Assembly: GCF_006345805.1 (NCBI RefSeq)
Contig: NC_043015.1
Span: 14,942,001 to 15,006,000, forward strand
Source: Octopus sinensis
Lineage: Eukaryota
DNA: 64,000 nt
Direction of reading: 5' to 3'
The stretch's first letter is position 1; each line of letters begins with the position of its first letter. A model generated the notes under the pieces. The model saw only the letters and a program-made list of their open reading frames with translations. It made no database searches and had not been told where the DNA came from. Positions 23,688 through 37,179 of this stretch are shown here, one piece after another. Made by a program: the position numbers and the translations under genes.

Positions 23688-25029
23688 AAACAGTTGAATA
23701 AAGTTACAACATGGTCTGGCTTACAAATTTTTTATTATTGTATTTTAGAAAAAGTTTTTTACAATATTGAATTGTATTAAACTTTGAAAAAGTATTTAGT
23801 AATTTTCATAAAGTTCAATTAGCACTTACATAAGTTCGTAGTAATCATCAGATTTCAAAATATATTGACTGACAGTTGAGCTGAGTTGAGTTCTTGAATG
23901 CAATAATAAAAAGCTTGTAAGCCAGGCTATGTTGTAACTTTATTCATCTGATATATTATTCTATACACATTTACACAAATCCAGAAAAAAATGTGTGTTT
24001 AAAGTCACACAAAACGTTGGGTAACATATATCCATGTAGAGTCATATTTAACATGTGCAAGTACTTTTGGATATGGGAAGACCTTACGCTGTGAAAATAG
24101 TCTTAAATAAAATATCTCTTCCTATATGAAAAGACATTGGGCTGTGATTAATGTCATTGGATCATTGGATGCATATATTTCCACACTCTTTTGCACTGTC
24201 AGCTGCAAACAACAAGTCTGCTCTTCACCACCCAAAAAGAACAAATTTGTTCTTACATTAGAACAACATAGAGTACATTTTCTGATGTGTATGTAGCTTG
24301 ATCATGCAAGAATTAAATAAAGTTGCACTAAGCTTGAGACATAGCTTAGTTTATATACATGCATGTATGTTTTGTTAAAGACATGACCGAGTTTGATTTT
24401 TGTCTTTTTATTATAGACTTTTCATATTTTCTTATCAGTTTGGAACAGTACAAAGTTCTTAAATCCACATTCAACATTTCCAGATGTTCACAGTTTCATT
24501 GTCAGGAATTGAAATAGATTAGGTGCTTGCATTGTTTCTTATATACTGGTTGATTTCTTTTAGACTGTGAGGGTATACATACACACTTATATACATGCAC
24601 CTACATTCACACACATATGCATATATATGTAAGGTAGAGATGCACACATTCCAAAGCTTACAGACTTCTAACAACTGATTGTCTCAACTCTGACAATGAA
24701 AGTTTTACAAAATGTCCACAAGGGTTAACTGAAGGGTTCAATGTCTGAACCATACAGAATTCTAGAGAGCAGTTTGGCTAAGAAAGACACTTTCATATTT
24801 TTTTCATTTTCTTTATTCTCCTTAGTGTTTCTTTAGTTCCTTTTCTCATGTTTTCTCTCCTATAGCAAGCATACCTATATGTGTATGTATCCATAACTTT
24901 GGTATGAATCTGAGACACTGAGAACTATAATTATTTATGGGTTTAGATACATTGAGAGCCTATCTATGAATATGTAGTTATTACAAGTACAGACAATATC
25001 TGCACCTGTTACTCACTTTACTAAGGTAA

Positions 25030-26215
25030 CTTAATTGAAGAGAGAAGGTGCTAGTGTGTCACTGTGTAATACTCAGGCTTTGACTTCAAAGTATTCTGTC
25101 TCTCCATCAAGAGTGATCACTTTCTCCCTGGTGTTCTCATATAGCTTACTTATTGCTCTCAAAATTCTGTGCTTTAAGTATCTTCTTCATCATTCCTCTA
25201 TGTACTCAATCAAAAGCCATTTTGAAGTCTACATAGATAATGATAGTCTTCCTGTTCTGGATCTTAACTCCCTCTATCAGTCTTCTAAGTGCAACAATGT
25301 GAGATGTTGTTGACCGTCCTGATCTGAATCCATTTTGATTTGGTCACAATTGTTTGTCTATCTTAGGTAGCATTCAGTTAAGTATCATCTTGCTGACCAT
25401 TTTTGCAACAATGGATGACAGACTGGTTCCTCTGTAATTCCCAGTATCACTTAGGTCTTCAGTTTTGGGCAGCAGTAACAGATCTGTCTCAGACCATTGT
25501 TCTGGTTTCGCATTGTCATTTAGTAGTTTGTTTGTAAATTCAAGGATCACATCTTTTTAGTACTTCTGGTAGGATGTTGTTAGGACCAGTTTGTTTTCCT
25601 TCTTTCAGGTTACTTGTAGCTCTTCCTATTTCTTGTTTTGTGAAGTCTCCATTCCCAATTTGCAAACCATCCAGTATCTTTGCTAATTCTTCATTTTTTT
25701 GTTTCACTGTCAACTTCCGGATCCTTCCCAGGAAGTTGTAGAAATGAGAGTACCACTTCTTGATTCTCTCATCCTTTGATTTCCCTTTGATGATTCCATG
25801 CTTTGCGACCAGTGATGGAGTTAATCAGCCTCCAGTTTTCTCCATTGCTTAATCTTTGCATCTGCATTTTCAACCTGAGGGATCATTTCATCCAATTCCT
25901 CTTCTTGAATATCTTGGTACACCTATTTTAGACCCTCTTTCTTTCTTTGTAAAGTTTATTTAGTATCATTGTTGGCAGCTCTTTGATAGTTGCTGAATGC
26001 CTCTTGTACTTCACTGCATGCTTTCTCTACCCTAGGATCATCAGCTAACTTTCTCCATTTCATCCTCTTCTTTATTGGTATCAGTTTTGCTGCTGCTTCC
26101 TCATTTGATTGCACAAACTTGCCATATTGCTCTGTAACAGTGTCCCTGTTGTTGGATAGTTCAACAAATCTGTTATGCACTGTAATTGTAATCTCTAATT
26201 GTAGAGGGGACATTT
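25030..26215 (-). mobile_element. Old RTE-like LINE relic
   Basis: Frameshifted NYRGISLSSIVAK-like, NQNGFRSGRST, YVDFKMAFD and GVLQ-DTLAP-like motifs on the minus strand. Confidence 0.75.
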
Positions 26216-26645
26216 GGAAGGAGTAGACCAGGGAGGATGTGGAATGAAGTGGTAAGAAAAGATCTACAGACGTAGGGACTTACATAAAGGATGACAGGGT
26301 ACCGAGACTCCTGGCAGTTTGCTGTGCTTGAGAAAACATGCCAAGCTAAGTAAAAGTATGGTTGCTCTTGCATACAGGCTCATCCCCTGCATCCCTCTCC
26401 GGCTGAGCTCTCCAAATCTTGAGGGTTCATGGGTGCTGGTGCCATATAAGACACACCCATACTAGTGCCATGTAAAGGTACATGTGCAAGTGCTGTGTAA
26501 AAGCCCCCAGTATACTCAGTAAAATAGTTGGTGTCAGGAAGGGCATCCAGCCATAGAAACCATGCCAAAACAGATATGGAGCCTGAGCAGCTAGTCAGCT
26601 CCTGTTAAACCATTCAACCCATGCCAACATGGAAAATGAATGTTA
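26215..26645 (+). mobile_element. 3' end of an RTE element related to the element at 1-2663
   Basis: GRP(RK)xWNEVVRKDL-like C-terminus and tail AGGAAGGGCATCCAGCCATAGAAAC...AACCCATGCCAACATGGAAAATG. Confidence 0.8.
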
Positions 26646-28079
26646 TATATTCAAACTGGCAAGATCTAGCTTTTCATACCTACCCTACACCCTACAATGT
26701 CATTCTAAACATAAACAGTCATACCATCAATATCGCTAAGTTACAAGATAATGCATGATTAATTCAAAATGATGTGAATAAATAAGCATTGCTATTTGAC
26801 AAAGTAATTTGAATACTAAAGGGTTAAGGGTATATATATATATATATATATAAGTCCAAACATTTTATTGTCACAATGAACTGTTTTTACTACAATCATG
26901 GGACACACAAACAGATAGACTTCAAATTTTAGCATTATAAAGTTTGTAATTTTACCTATGCATTTTCAACCCTTACAGTTCCCTCTCATTTGAGAAGCAC
27001 TGATTTCATTTTGAGGAGAGTTGTGCTAACCTAGACTTCACAATAATTAAAAACTGTTATACATTAAGCAATGCAACTATTATACAACAGTAAATCATTA
27101 CTATTCTTCTATAACAGTGAATTTATTATGAATTGCTACCATGAACTTCCCTTCAGTTGTAGCTTTCCCTAATGAAATCTCAGCTATAATGTAAACCCCA
27201 CTTTTTGTACCTTATTTTATCCTGTTTTTTTCTTTTGCTTTGTGTGTGTTTTTTTACACTCTCGTACGATGTTACTTCCCAGATGCTTTGTATTAAATTT
27301 CTTGTACAATACATGAGTAAATATGGTAATTTTTCTTTCTGAGACTTCTTTCCTGTTTACATTTTGCTCTATAACTATGTTGCAACAATAAAACTGGAAC
27401 CAAGAGGGGGTTGGCAACAGGAAGGACATCCGGCCAAAGAAAATCTACTTTGACTCGTGCAAGCAATAAAAAGTGAACGTTAAAACGATAATGAAGACTA
27501 ATATAACCATCCATATTTCACTAAACTCTAATCAAGAAGAGCAATAAGCGGCTTTGATCACCGATTATCCACATTCGAATGTATAATAATTAAAAAGGTT
27601 TCATTTTATTGCAAAACGAGCTCTATGGAAACATTATGCTAATTAGAACCACCTCATGTTTACCTATGGTGGAAATGGAAACGACATTCAGTTATTCTAC
27701 TCTTATGTGTTGTTTATCCACAATCAGCAGAACTATGATCAAAAGCGCCCCAGCCATGACCATTTCATCCTTCTCTCGAGCGAAGCATCACTAGTATTAC
27801 AATATTGTTCTAGAGGGTAGCGTTTGATATGACGGAGATTTGGCTGTTATTTCTAGCTGACTGAACCATCACATATGTGCCGTGTTGTTCAGTCCCAGAA
27901 CTGCTTTAATCGAAAAGACATATAATCAAAAGAATTTCTATCACAGTCCCATCTTGTTTTCAGATTCTGTGTAACCCGGAGTACTTTATTTTATTTATCT
28001 ATTTTGTGAATGGCAGGGTGTGGTTTGACGAGATTTGGCTGCTATTTGTAGCAAATCGAAGGCCAGCATAGAGGCTCCT

Positions 28080-28760
28080 CTTATTGGTATTTTCAAATCG
28101 ATCGGAGTCGTGCGGTGCGCGAGAATGATTTGGGCGAATCAAATTCACCGTTCGGTTTCCACTCCCAGTAGGAACCGCTTCGCTTAGGATGTTAACGTCA
28201 CAACTTCCTATTTTACATTAAGAAAAAAAATCATGCTTGTTAATACGATTCATATATCAAGATTTGTATATTGCAATTATATAGAATTATAGACAATAAA
28301 CGTAAGTAACATGGTATATCAGTCATTCTTTACATTAGTAACTGTTTTAGGTTACAAACCATTGGTATTTTAAAGATCCACGAAATATGTTAAAGAGTAT
28401 TGTTGAATGTGTGAAGATGTTTAAATGTAATAACTCGTTAAAAATCTGCTTTTCAAAAAAATAAACTGCGTAAGTCATTCTAAATTAAGTAATTTTGTTG
28501 TTTTTATATTCATCATTGCATCTGTTATCGAGGACCGTATCGAAACAATTTTAAATACTTAAGGAACTTGTCGAAGAAGCGCATGTTTCTTTCCAACATC
28601 CCAAACAGAATCGTTCTTTAATTAGTTCGAGATTTCTATTACTCAGTTTGTAATCAATAGAACGAGAATGAGCAACGAGGAGAAAGAGTAGTAGCGAGTC
28701 TCGACAACAGTTCCAGAATAGAAGCTGAGAACAGTGAATTAAATTAAAGTAGCAGGTGAG
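28080..28760 (+). promoter_or_regulatory. Putative Rap2 promoter and first non-coding exon
   Basis: CpG-rich unique sequence, Inr-like TCAGTT at 28643-28648 and donor CAG|GTGAGC at 28755/28756. Candidate acceptor GTTTTCACACAG| at 29852. Inferred, with no transcript evidence. Confidence 0.45.
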
Positions 28761-30048
28761 CTGTTATTTCATAGAAGAAAGAAAGGAGCCGCTGCTGCAA
28801 CTGCTGACACTCGGAGCGTCATCGCGCAGAAGAACTCTTCTGTGTTAGAGATGTTAATTGGATCTCTATCCAAAATGGATGCTGCTCTTTGGTAACCATC
28901 TCTGACAACCAGACGTTTGCTGAAAATTACTATTTAACTTGTTCAGCCTCGCACGCTGGAGCAGAGCTTCGAAAAGGTACAGTAAAATGCTCACACATAG
29001 AACGATTGTATTAAACATCATATTTGGGTTTATATCTTATTGCTGGTTAAAACAAGAGTTCTACATAGTTCTCTCTCTAACCTTTTTAGCATTCTTCATC
29101 TTAATGGGACGTTATAAATACTGTTTTTTTTACACTTTATCCTGCTGTGTGACTCTTATATCGCTCGCCACTTAGAGAAATTCCCTTTTTCTTTAACGTT
29201 ATCCTCTTTTTATTCCCAGTTCTTATTGTCGATTAACCAAATGTTACCTTTCTACAGTTACCAACTGCGGTACTATTGTACCAATGCTCTTAAAGTCTGT
29301 TAACTATGTGCATAACACTTAAACACATACGCATACAGATTATCACACACACACGCACACATACAAACACACTTCCTCTGTTCATTCTCTTGACACTCCT
29401 AATCTCAGCGAGTCTTTCTCTCTCGTTGGCCTGTTCAATATAACATTTTAACTTGTGAGTTTCTTTTTCATTATCTTCTTTACTTTCGTATAACAGAAAT
29501 ATATATTTAAAATTTTGTTTACATTTTATTTAATTTGTAGCATTAATTTAAAGCTTGTGTCATTGTGTTTACATCAGCAACGGCTGTCAACGTTTGTTCT
29601 ACGTTTTAAACATCTTCGCGACTCTCAGTTTAGGCTACTTGTCATATGTTTTTCTCATACTTCCTTAAATTTACCATCTTGTACACCTTATTGTTTTGCT
29701 ATCTACTCAATAATTTTCTTTCTATTTGTCTAGTGATTAAATCAGCTATTCAAACTGCCGTCCTATCAACCTCGTTGACAGAAAACTACATACAATGAAA
29801 AATATCAAATAAAGAAAAGACTTTTTATTCCTCAAACGTCGTTTTCACACAGATAATTATATTCGTATCGTCTTTGATTAAAACAACCTCCGAACCAAAA
29901 TCTGGAATATTTTTTAACCAAATAATAAAAAGAAGGGAAAATGATTACTAATTAATCGTTGCTAAATTAATCCAAGTAGTTTTCTTGATCTGTTATTTGT
30001 CTATTCTTTTCAATATCAATTTTTTGAAAATTGGCACTAAAACTCATT

Positions 30049-30591
30049 ATGAAGGAATACAAAGTGGTTGTTTTGGGTAGCGGAGGTGTTGGCAAAAGCG
30101 CTCTCACCGTGCGGTTTGTGTCTGGTAATTTTATGGAGAAATATGATCCGACTATTGAAGATTTCTATCGGAAGGAGATCGAAGTGGAGACTGCTCCTTG
30201 TGTTCTAGAGATCTTGGATACAGCCGGCACGGAACAGTTTGCTTCTATGAGAGACTTGTACATAAAAAACGGCCAAGGCTTTGTTATAGTATACAGCATT
30301 ACTAGTCTGCAGACTTTCCAGGATATCAAAACTATGCGTGAACAGATTATGCGAGTGAAAGGTGTCGATCGGATCCCTATGTTGTTGGTTGGGAACAAAG
30401 TCGATCTTGCCCAGACTCAGCGTGAAGTGAATACTATAGACGGAGCTCTTCTATCTGATAACTGGGGCTGCCCATTCTTTGAGACTTCTGCTAAAACCAC
30501 ACTTAACATCGACAATGTCTTTATTGAGATTGTGCGGGAGATGAATGCTACACCAATTAGAGAAAGAAGAGAATGTTGCAGTATTCTGTGA
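30049..30591 (+). CDS. rap2: Ras-related protein Rap-2 (Rap2 subfamily small GTPase), 180 aa, single coding exon
   Basis: G1 GSGGVGKS, effector [12 protein letters not shown]3 DTAGTEQ (Rap-type T61), [16 protein letters not shown]4 NKVD, G5 ETSAK and CaaX CSIL with an adjacent Cys. The first ATG is at 30049; the track's 30031 start is TTG. Confidence 0.97.
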   Translation: MKEYKVVVLGSGGVGKSALTVRFVSGNFMEKYDPTIEDFYRKEIEVETAPCVLEILDTAGTEQFASMRDLYIKNGQGFVIVYSITSLQTFQDIKTMREQIMRVKGVDRIPMLLVGNKVDLAQTQREVNTIDGALLSDNWGCPFFETSAKTTLNIDNVFIEIVREMNATPIRERRECCSIL

Positions 30592-33174
30592 ACACAGGTA
30601 AGTTTATCTTACAGTTTGCTATTATGGAATCTGGCTGATGTTCAAGTGTTTACTTCAATTGTAGTTGGTGCTTAAGTTTTTGCTTCTACAAATTATCTTA
30701 ATATATTTTTATAAGATTATTTTTGACAGTAAATGAATATTTATTCGAACTACACCTTCCATATGTGACAGTAATTTTTTAATTATTCAGCTAACTTTAT
30801 TACAATGTTTTTAAGACGTTTAGTATCTCTCGCTTGTCAAGTCAGTCCTCTGCCCTTTATGGCCGCCATCCCACTGCTATATCACATTCAACAATCAACA
30901 GCTACCTATCCCTGAACGAAATGTTCTCTTTATTATTCAATCAAAATTTGAAAAGACTCTACTCTGATTTTTAGATTAGGTGTTATAACGAATTATATAT
31001 ATGTAAGTGGTTAATGATTGCCTGAATTCTGTCCTACTCCAGTTAGTTCCACATGGCATTCTACAATAGCGCCATGTTAATTTTGACTGTCCCACAATGC
31101 ACTTTCCAGCTTGACGTCACTTTAGCATTGTGTTGCTAAGTGGCACAGCCAGCTACTCTGATTCATTCAATTAGCGATTTTACTGTTTTCCCCTTTAACA
31201 ACCAACTTCATGAACTCTAACCTTTTCTCAACATATGCTTATATATAAATTTCCTGCTATAAGTTTCTAAATGAGACTCCCCTGTCGTTTAGTCTTTTAT
31301 AACTAAATATCAGTAAGCAATGGTGTGCCTGTATGTATGTATGTATGTGTATATATATATATTATATATATATATATATAAATATATATGTGTGTGTGTG
31401 TGCGTATGCGCGCACATTATCAGTTACATATAGATATGTATGTATATATATATATATGCGTGTGTGTGTGCATCTGTCTATGTGGTTACTTGTATAATGT
31501 CATTGTTTCAGTAAGTGTTAATTCCTTTTCCAATTCGGTATTTCATAGCTTGGGAGTGTCTGTCTTCAAAGTCGACTTGAAATTTACTAAGATTTTTTTT
31601 TTTACCCAATATATTTTATTCCTTTTAATAATTAGGTAGCGGTTAATAAATATACAATGCAGTAGTCTTACGTAGTTGTTGAACTTTGTAGCAGTGACAC
31701 TTGTAGCTGCAGGCCATATCTTCAACGACGACTGCATACCACTGATATAGTTTCACATCATGTGCTTAATGTTGACTAAAATTTCCTTACTTTAAAGACT
31801 ACCCGCAGCAAATCTGCAGTGTTAACCAAAATACAGTGCTTGTTATGCGTTATCAGTGTGATTAAATAATAATAATTATTATAATATTAAAAACATCGAT
31901 GTAACGTAAACTTATGAAAACGTCTAGGTACAATGTGAACAATTTTGGTGTGACATTTTCAATAGGAAAGTTCAATTGCAGATATTATGTAGAAGAAATA
32001 TTGGAAATCGTTAATATCTAATAACAGTGAGAAGAGATATAAATCTTTGCTAAGGTACTTATTCTGGGAGATGCACGAGCTTTCGAGTTAGCCATTGGCA
32101 ACTTTGACCGTGCATAACGTCACCGAAAGAAATTAAATTGGTTTTGAAATATTTTTTTTCCTTCCTACCAAGCAGATGTTCGTGAAATTTTGTTCAGACA
32201 GTAAAGTCGTGTCGTGTTGCTATGTAAACAAACATGTCACGTGCACATGTCTATATATCTAATCGCGTCAACTGCAGAGAACTGTTATGTCCCGTTTACA
32301 TCTTTGTCAGCTACACGGTTGGCAATTTGAAATTAGCATGTTTTCTTCTGTAGATTTCACTCTTTAGAAAGTAAATTCATCGCGTCATGCGTGCGAATCA
32401 CTATTTTACAGTTTGCCAAGCGTTTCTATTGAAGTTATGATAATCATCTGTTAACTACTGTAGAAACTGGAAGACTGCTTTTTATTGAAACAAGGGGTTT
32501 GTGGGATTTACGGTAGTCGAAAGATATTTACAAAACCCCTCTTTCCATTCTTCTCTAGTGTGAATTATAGGCATATTAACCGACGCTGAACTCTATTCTG
32601 GCGATCCTGCAAAAATAATTGACAAAGTTGATCTCGGTTTGGTTTGAACTAGAGCTCTAACTAATACCTCTAGGCTATTGGCCCAACGCTCTAATAATTA
32701 CGCCAATCCAGCGTCGAATTTAAAATTTAACAGCAGAAACAGCGAGAGAATTATTATTTACGAGCAGTGTCATTATTTAAATGTTCAAACGGACCGATAT
32801 TTGGGTGCGGTTTAAGGCAAGAAGCCAATGAGAAAACTGCTCCACTATGATGGGACACCATTTAGTTAGTGGTTAATATTCTACATGACAAGACAATCTT
32901 CTTGTACTAGATTCATCGAGGTATTCCACAAATATAATTAGAACACAGTGAGACGCCTCCAGCTAATTGGGTGCCCAGTTATCGAGCAAATACCATAACA
33001 TTTCATTTGGCGGTATGCAAATTACGTATGCAGAATCGTACATTAGTATATAAACAGTCACATGGCAAGCTGGTAGTTGAAAGTAAGTTGAGTACGAACG
33101 GTGGTGAACACTAAAGTATAAATATGATATTGGTTTCAGATTTTGGCTTAAGACCATTAATTGGAGGGGGTGGA

Positions 33175-33339
33175 TAAGTCAGTTACATCGACTCCAGTAC
33201 TCAACTGGTATCGACCCCAAGAGGATGAAAAGCAAAGTCTACCTCGTCAGAATTTGAAATCAGAACGATAAGTCGGACGAAATGCCGCTAAGTAAGCATT
33301 TTGCCCGGCGTGTTAACGAATCCACCAGCTCGCTGCCTT
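33175..33339 (-). mobile_element. SINE family B (other copies 52010-52130 +, 56881-57075 +; variant 32580-32720 -)
   Basis: Reverse complement AAGGCAGCGAGCTGG...GCCGGGCAAAATGCTTA...TTCTGATTTCAAATTC...TTTGCTTTTCATCC. Confidence 0.85.
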
Positions 33340-33673
33340 AACTTATATAATACATATGTTTATTGTATATACTGACATTTTAGATGTATGTGTATACAAC
33401 GGCGACATAGAGATAAAAAAAATTATTTCTGAACAAACTATAGCAGGCTAAATGCGTAGATGTGTCGACATACATTTTTATGTGTGCGAATGTATATACA
33501 CAATTATATACATATGTATTAAAATATGTGTAAATATATGCAACTATTTATCTTAGATATTTACGTGTGTATACGTGTATACACTCACACACACAAAGGC
33601 AGATGTATAAGTAGGTGGTTTCGGGTTCACTCTTACTTCGTGGCACCTTGTTTCTTCTATAGACCCAGGCATC

Positions 33674-33719
<46 letters not shown>

Positions 33720-34159
33720 TCATACATTTATATTCATACGTGTGTGTATGCAGCTTTGTTTGATACACTGGTGTCGTTTCATTACATCAGCGTAACTTAG
33801 CAGTTCGGCAAAAAGGTAATAAGAATGAGTATCAGATTTAAAATAATTACTGGGACCAATTTGTTCAACAAAGCCCTTTGGTGCTTTGGCGCCTGTATGT
33901 CCACTGTTCAATCAGTAAATCAAAAGAATACAAAAAAGTGTATAAATGGTTATTGCAGCCATGCTGGAGCATGGCCTTGAATGGTTTAAACGATGAGATT
34001 GACCCTGCTGCATACTTTTAAGTTTAGTACATACACTACCAGTCTTTCTTCACCAGACCTCTCAGTTATATGCACTGAAGCACACCAACACTAGTAAACT
34101 TGTGATGATGAGATAAACACAGGCATCCATCCATACATATTTATTTATATATTTGTGTG

Positions 34160-34550
34160 TATTTCAGTCATGTGACACGGTCATACTGGAGCGCCACCTT
34201 AAAGGGTTTTTAGTCGAACAAATCGACCCCATGACTTATTTTCTAGGCCTTGTACTTATTCTATCGGTGTCTTTTGCCGAACAGCTAAGTTACCGTGACT
34301 TAAATACACCAACACCGGTTGTCACGTGATAATGGGGCTACAAACACACATAGATCAATAGATAGATGCATAAGTACGTATGTACATACATACGACGGGC
34401 TTCTTTCAGTCTCCGTCTTCTAATTCCACTCGCAAGGCTTGGGTCAGCCTGAGGCTATAGAAGAAGACACTTAGCCATGGTGCTACACAGTGGGACTGAA
34501 CTCGGAATAATGTGGTTGGGAAGCAAGCTTCTTACTACACAGCCACATAT
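34160..34550 (-). mobile_element. SINE family A, CpG-retaining copy
   Basis: Family-A blocks in order; 15 CpG counted. Confidence 0.88.
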
Positions 34551-34639
34551 ATGTAGGTATATATTTGTATCATTACCTGTGTGTGTATACAAACACACAC
34601 TTGGGCACAAGAGCACACTCAGAACTTTTTCACCAAGGT

Positions 34640-35340
34640 GGGCTGCTCTTCTCAGGAACCACATACTGCCAATCATTCTGGTCTTTTGTCATCTTCATGA
34701 CATTTCACCTCTTAATATGAATAGAACTCAGGGAAAAGAAGAAACCCAGGAAGACATGGGCCGAAGTTTATACCTGTTTCTTTTCTGTAAGACCATTCAT
34801 CTGAAGATACCAGGACCATGTCTTCTTTTCTACTAAAAACCTTCATCTTATAAAGACCTGTTGATTCTAAGTTTAGCTTCCAAACCTGGAATTTCTTTTC
34901 TAATTTCTCTATAGATTTAGCTATGGGAATTAAATCATCAGCATCCTAGTGTACCCATAGGTATCTTGTCTTAAACTCTTAAGGAGAGGACTGAGGTCTG
35001 AACCTCGTTAGACTCCTACCACCAAATTACTGTATGTGGTACCATGTCAGATACCTTCTCCAAATCAGCTAAAACCAGGAATAGTGGTTTATTCTTAACC
35101 AAGTATTTCTCCTGCAGTTGCCTCTCTTGGAAGATTGCATCTGTAGCACCTCTTCTGTCCATGAAGCCAAACTGCATCTCATCTAGGTCTGCTCTGTCTT
35201 AGATCAGTTGTGCTTTGACTCTCTCTATGGCTTTCATAGTGTGATCCAGTTGTCTGATTCCTCTATTGTGCATGCTTTGCAAGGTATCTCCTTTGCCATT
35301 ATAGCAGTTTACAATGATACATTGCCAGTCATTGGGTATA
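34640..35340 (-). mobile_element. Decayed RTE fragment of the same lineage as the element at 1-2663
   Basis: IIVNCYNGKGDT, LDEMQFGF, QEKYLVKNKPLFLVLADLEKVSD and DADDL on the minus strand, with deletions. Confidence 0.8.
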
Positions 35341-37179
35341 CTACTGGCTTCTTTCAGTTTCTATCTACTAAGTTCACTTACATGCTCAGTTAACCCTGGA
35401 TCAGTAATACAAAATACTTACCCCTTATTTTATATATTGCTGGCAGAGAGATGAATTGTTGTTATCTCTAGTATTCGAATGTCCATCATTGACAAGACCT
35501 GGGAAGGTTGAAGTCATGCGATCTGGTGATCTTGGTGCTGGAGGTGGAAAGGATTCATCTCCTCTCTAGCGATATAAATAAGCATGCATTTTGCACTGAA
35601 AGCCAATATGAGAGTTTCTCATGGTATCCACTGCAGTATAGTTTGTTCTGACAGAGCATCCACACTTAAATGGGGATAAATAAAACTTAGCCAAGATGTC
35701 ATATGGTAGAACTGAATTGAAAACCACATGCTTAGAAGTGGACTTTGTAATCACACGCTCATGCCAACACCTGACTGAAGATTTTACTTACAAGTATGTA
35801 GGTACTTAGCAGCCATCTATATAAGTGCTAATTAAGCTTGATGTTGCTTAAGATCAGTGATCAGACAAGAATCAATATTTTCAAAGTGATATTACTGTAA
35901 ACAGCTTCTTTATGAGCATAGACATAAATTTGTTTTGTATGACAAACAAGAATAGAACTCAATAGTGATTATTTTTCAATTGATGGATTGTTTCCAATCT
36001 TGCAAGAAAACATGTCCGGTCATTAGGAAATATGGGAAACTAGTACAAGTTGGCAACACTAAAAACATCTGGCCACATCAAATCTACCTCAACAAATCTG
36101 ACATATATATATGCACACATACATACATATCTATATCTTAATAGATATATATATATATATATATATATGTACATGTATACATATTGTTTGTTTTTTATGT
36201 CAAGTTATGTATAAAAATAATTTAACGATTTAGTATTTAATCCAGCCATATCCAGTCTAAATATTCTACTCATTTTATCTTTAAACTGACTAGATCCAAC
36301 CTCTCACACTTACCTTACAATATCATTTAATAATATACAAATACACCATTGAAATCTTGAAACTACAAGGTTGTCCGTGATTAATTCAAAACAATGTGAA
36401 TAAGTAAGCAATTCATTTGACATAAAAATCTAAATGCTGAGGGGTTAATAATAAACTGAAGGATTACTCAATACTATTTAGCAATGTACATTTTGATTAA
36501 ATGTTTACGAGCAAAAGGTTGACTGTGACTTCTAAGTTTCAGTTTGCTTGTTTTTGACAAACTGACAAAACCAAATTATCACCATTGTTATAACTTTGAT
36601 TTTTCCATACTTGCATAGGCTGGATAGAGTCTATTGAGGCAGATTTTCTATGGCTGCATGCCCTTCCTGTTGCCAACTTTCATCTATTTAACAGACAATG
36701 TAATATTTTCCCTTCCCAATGCAAAATATTAGAAATAATAACCACTCCAGGTATGACAGTGATGCTCATTTACAATTGTGACACAATGTCAAGACAAGGA
36801 GAGACTGTGACATACACACATACATTAAATGATGATGAGGAGGAGGAGGATGACAACAGGCTTCTTTCAATTTCTGTCTATCAAATCCACTCATAAGGCT
36901 TTGGTCAACCCAGCAGTTTAGTAGAAGACACTTGCCCAAGGTACAACTTGAGACAACCAAAAAACATGGTTGGGAAACAAACTTCCTGACCACAGCCACA
37001 CCTGCACCTATAACACGCAGAGAAAAAGGAGAATTACCTAGCAAATAGTTTAACATTAATAGATGAATGTGTGTATGTGTATTTGACTCAGCTTCATATG
37101 GCTTAAAGTTTTGTGGGTACATAAGATACATTCATTTTATCAAATATCAGAAGAGAGAGAGAGAGATTTAAGACAGATT

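Noticed and set aside
24100-24203. Minus-strand acceptor TTGTTGTTTGCAG| with short frames
   Set aside because: All frames stop within 27 codons and no supporting exons were found.
30031-30048. N-terminal extension MALKLI of Rap2 in the ORF track
   Set aside because: It starts at TTG; the ATG at 30049 matches the conserved Rap2 N-terminus.
31651-31776. Minus-strand exon-like segment (TTTTAG| ... |GTAAGA) implying an antisense gene over Rap2
   Set aside because: All three frames have early stops, the ATG-initiated peptides are unrecognised and no further exons were found; kept only as a weak possibility.
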